Below are positions 24,322-26,654 of a stretch of 26,654 nt of DNA, in pieces. Below the pieces are notes generated by a model that saw nothing but the letters and a program-made list of their open reading frames with translations, made no database searches and was not told the origin of the DNA. Position 1 is the first letter of the stretch, and every line of letters starts with the position of its first letter. Both the position numbers and the translations under genes were made by a program. The stretch covers positions 1 through 26,654 of IMG/VR virus record IMGVR_UViG_3300009550_000733; one strand, written 5' to 3'. This DNA comes from a virus (taxonomy: Duplodnaviria; Caudoviricetes).

Positions 24322-25032
24322 ATGATAAACTCTGTACGCAACACCGTATTAGCGATTATTAATAAAAATAATTACGGGTATATTTCACCAAGTGATTTTA
24401 ACTTATTTGCCAAACAAGCTCAGTTAGATTTGTTTGATGAATACTTTGTAAATTATAATCAACAGGTAAACGAGGAAAACGCTAGAGTTTCAGGTACAGG
24501 GTATGCGGATATTAAAAAAGGATATGAAGAGGTAATTGATTCTTTTTCAGTTACCGCAACTTTAACCCAAAGTGCAGCAAATGTATACACGTTACCCTCG
24601 GATTATTATATTATAAATAAAGTATTATGCTCAAGCGGAGGACAATTTAAAGGAGAGGCAGAAAGAGTTTCACAAAGTAAAATTACTTTGTTAAGCAATT
24701 CTCTTTTGACAGCTCCTTCAGTTAACTACCCAGCTTATACTTTACAATCAAATTTAATAACAGTATTACCCACTACTTTTAATGGGGCTACCGATGTATC
24801 CTCCCAATACATTAGATATCCTTTAGACCCTAAATGGACTTATTCTACAATAGCTAGTGGATCTCCTATATTTGACCAAAGTCAAGCTGATTATCAAGAC
24901 TTTGAATTACCTATAGACGACGCTAATGATTTAGTTGCAAAAATATTACAGTACGCTGGTATATCTATTAGAGAAGGAGACGTGTTTAAGTTTGGACAAA
25001 TTGAGGAACAAATGCAAAATCAACAACAATAA
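24322..25032 (+). CDS. Tail ring/adaptor (tubular) protein 1
   Basis: V...V.AIINKNNYGYISP.DFN.FA.QAQ..LP.DY..YIRYP.DPKW..FELP..LV.KIL.YAG pattern of crAss-like ring proteins; position. Confidence 0.65.
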   Translation: MINSVRNTVLAIINKNNYGYISPSDFNLFAKQAQLDLFDEYFVNYNQQVNEENARVSGTGYADIKKGYEEVIDSFSVTATLTQSAANVYTLPSDYYIINKVLCSSGGQFKGEAERVSQSKITLLSNSLLTAPSVNYPAYTLQSNLITVLPTTFNGATDVSSQYIRYPLDPKWTYSTIASGSPIFDQSQADYQDFELPIDDANDLVAKILQYAGISIREGDVFKFGQIEEQMQNQQQ

Positions 25033-25034
25033 TT

Positions 25035-25955
25035 ATGGCCTATATAGATCAAAAGAAATATTATACTAATGATGGCGTAGTGCCAACAGATTCAAATTGG
25101 GGTTCATACCAATACGTTAGCTTGCTTGATATAGTAACTAATTTTTTATTGATGTATCAAGGAAACCATCAATTAATAAACAACGTAAATAGATTTCAAA
25201 TTTTATTTCACGCCAAGCGCGGTATACAAGAACTAAACTACGATGCTTTTAAAATTATAAAAGCTTTAGAGCTTACTGTATATGATGATTTAAAATTTGT
25301 TTTACCTCCTGATTTTGTAAATTGGGTTAAACTATCATTGTTCAAAGACAATGTAATTAGAGATTTAGTAGAAAATATCCAAGTCCAATCGGCAACATCT
25401 TTTGCTCAAACCGGAAGTTCAAGTTTTACTTATGATGCAGATGATGATGTTAACACACAAACATCTTCACTTGACACGGCAAGAACAAATGGAACATTAG
25501 AAAGTATTTATTTAAACAATTTAAATGATGAAAACGCTAATCCAGGATTTAACAATTATGATTCTGATTTTGACAGTTCTCGTATTGGAGCTCGTTACGG
25601 GCTAAATACAGAAACAGCTAATTTCAATCCTACCTTTACTATTGACAGAAAAGCAGGGGTAATTAATTTTGACTCCACAATGGCAAACCAACAATGCATA
25701 TTACAGTATATATCTGATGGGATGGAAAACGGTAATGATGACGCAGTAAGTGTAAATAAAATGTTTGAAGAGTATATTTATGCATACATTAAATACGCGT
25801 TACTTAATAGCAAGTTTGGTGTTCAAGAATATATTGTTAATAGAGCACGTAAAGACAAACAAGCCCTTTTAAGAAACGCCAAGATAAGATTAAGCAATAT
25901 CCACCCAAGTAGATTATTAATGAATTTAAGAGGTGAAAACAAGTGGCTAAAATAA
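25035..25955 (+). CDS. Tail ring/tubular protein 2
   Basis: LPPDFVNWVK, LQYISDG and EEYIYAYI motifs; lies between ring 1 and the stabilisation protein. Confidence 0.6.
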   Translation: MAYIDQKKYYTNDGVVPTDSNWGSYQYVSLLDIVTNFLLMYQGNHQLINNVNRFQILFHAKRGIQELNYDAFKIIKALELTVYDDLKFVLPPDFVNWVKLSLFKDNVIRDLVENIQVQSATSFAQTGSSSFTYDADDDVNTQTSSLDTARTNGTLESIYLNNLNDENANPGFNNYDSDFDSSRIGARYGLNTETANFNPTFTIDRKAGVINFDSTMANQQCILQYISDGMENGNDDAVSVNKMFEEYIYAYIKYALLNSKFGVQEYIVNRARKDKQALLRNAKIRLSNIHPSRLLMNLRGENKWLK

Positions 25956-25956
25956 A

Positions 25957-26654
25957 ATGGCAAAAACACAAAGAAATTTTGTATTAGGGCGTATGAATAA
26001 AAGCCTTGACGAAAGGCTGCTTCGTAATGGAGAATATGTTGATGCGTTAAATGTAAGGCTTGGTTCTACCGAGGAGTCTGAAGTAGGGTCTGTGGAAAAC
26101 ACCAAGGGTAATACACAAATTAGTGAGCTTTATTTTATTGAACCTGGTACAACCAACTCAATTCCTTTGAGCAGCGAAGCTAGAACTATAGGTGTTTTTG
26201 AAGACGGTGCAAACGAAACACTTTATTGGTTTGTTCATGACCCCGCTTTTTCTGTGGGTGATACGGGTAAATTAGACATGATACTTTCTTTCAACACATT
26301 AACTGCGCAAATAGTTTATCACGTTGTAAGTATAGATGACGGAAGTGGAATTAATACTACATTAAATTTTAACCCACAGTTTTTAATAACAGCTACCAAT
26401 AAAATTGGTGACTTATTATTTTTTACTGATTTTTTAAATCCACCCAGATTTATTAATGTAAATAACTCTTATGCAGAGCCTATAGCCAAAACTTTACCTA
26501 CGCCTACAGGCGAAGTAGCTTTTGTGTTTACCGCAGGATCAGTTACTACTAACGGCATAACAAGAACAGGGTTTAATCAAGGGTTAGTATCGGGCTGTCC
26601 AGTACCTCTAAACGCTGTAGGAGCAGGTGCAGCGCCAACCACGACACAAATAGC
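25957..26654 (+). CDS. Tail stabilisation/nozzle protein (P22 gp10-like), truncated by window end; not in ORF track
   Basis: MAKTQRNFVLGRMNKSLDERLLRNGEYVDALNVR...GSVENTKGN...LLFFTDFLNPPRFIN; open to the end of the window. Confidence 0.75.
   Translation, partial: MAKTQRNFVLGRMNKSLDERLLRNGEYVDALNVRLGSTEESEVGSVENTKGNTQISELYFIEPGTTNSIPLSSEARTIGVFEDGANETLYWFVHDPAFSVGDTGKLDMILSFNTLTAQIVYHVVSIDDGSGINTTLNFNPQFLITATNKIGDLLFFTDFLNPPRFINVNNSYAEPIAKTLPTPTGEVAFVFTAGSVTTNGITRTGFNQGLVSGCPVPLNAVGAGAAPTTTQI

Noticed and set aside
1-26654. Stop-codon reassignment as seen in some crAss-like phages
   Set aside because: Long genes are intact in code 11, and TAG (5256, 22833, 23659) and TGA (ATGA overlaps) end genes at sensible boundaries.
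1-26654. tRNA or other structured RNA genes
   Set aside because: Intergenic gaps are short and AT-rich; no cloverleaf or T-loop signature was recognised by eye (tRNAscan/Infernal not run).

Overview
This window is a gene-dense, AT-rich, almost entirely + strand segment of a tailed dsDNA phage. The host is very probably Bacteroidota/Flavobacteriia: TAnnTTTG promoters recur before operons and translation starts are A-rich with no Shine-Dalgarno. The structural block resembles crAss-like/phi14:2-type podophages. Order of content: end of an upstream gene and terminator; an iteron/IHF/AT-rich intergenic element; a groEL-(two small genes)-groES operon; a convergent MarR-like winged-helix gene driven from a palindromic bidirectional promoter; a chain of 12 tiny, mostly basic, coupled ORFs (several missing from the ORF track); a fibre/adhesin module (head-spike-base-like protein, repeat fibre, two Gly-rich proteins, triple LamG); a lysis cassette (M15 peptidase and two holin-like genes); a tandem double-GroES-like protein next to TerS/TerL; then portal, scaffold, major capsid protein, two small paralogues in their own cassette, two ring proteins and a truncated tail stabilisation protein. 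The best candidate for an undescribed system is a phage chaperonin machine with two different co-chaperonins, sharing promoter and leader signals with the head-assembly operons. All family assignments come from motif recognition by eye; no searches were run.
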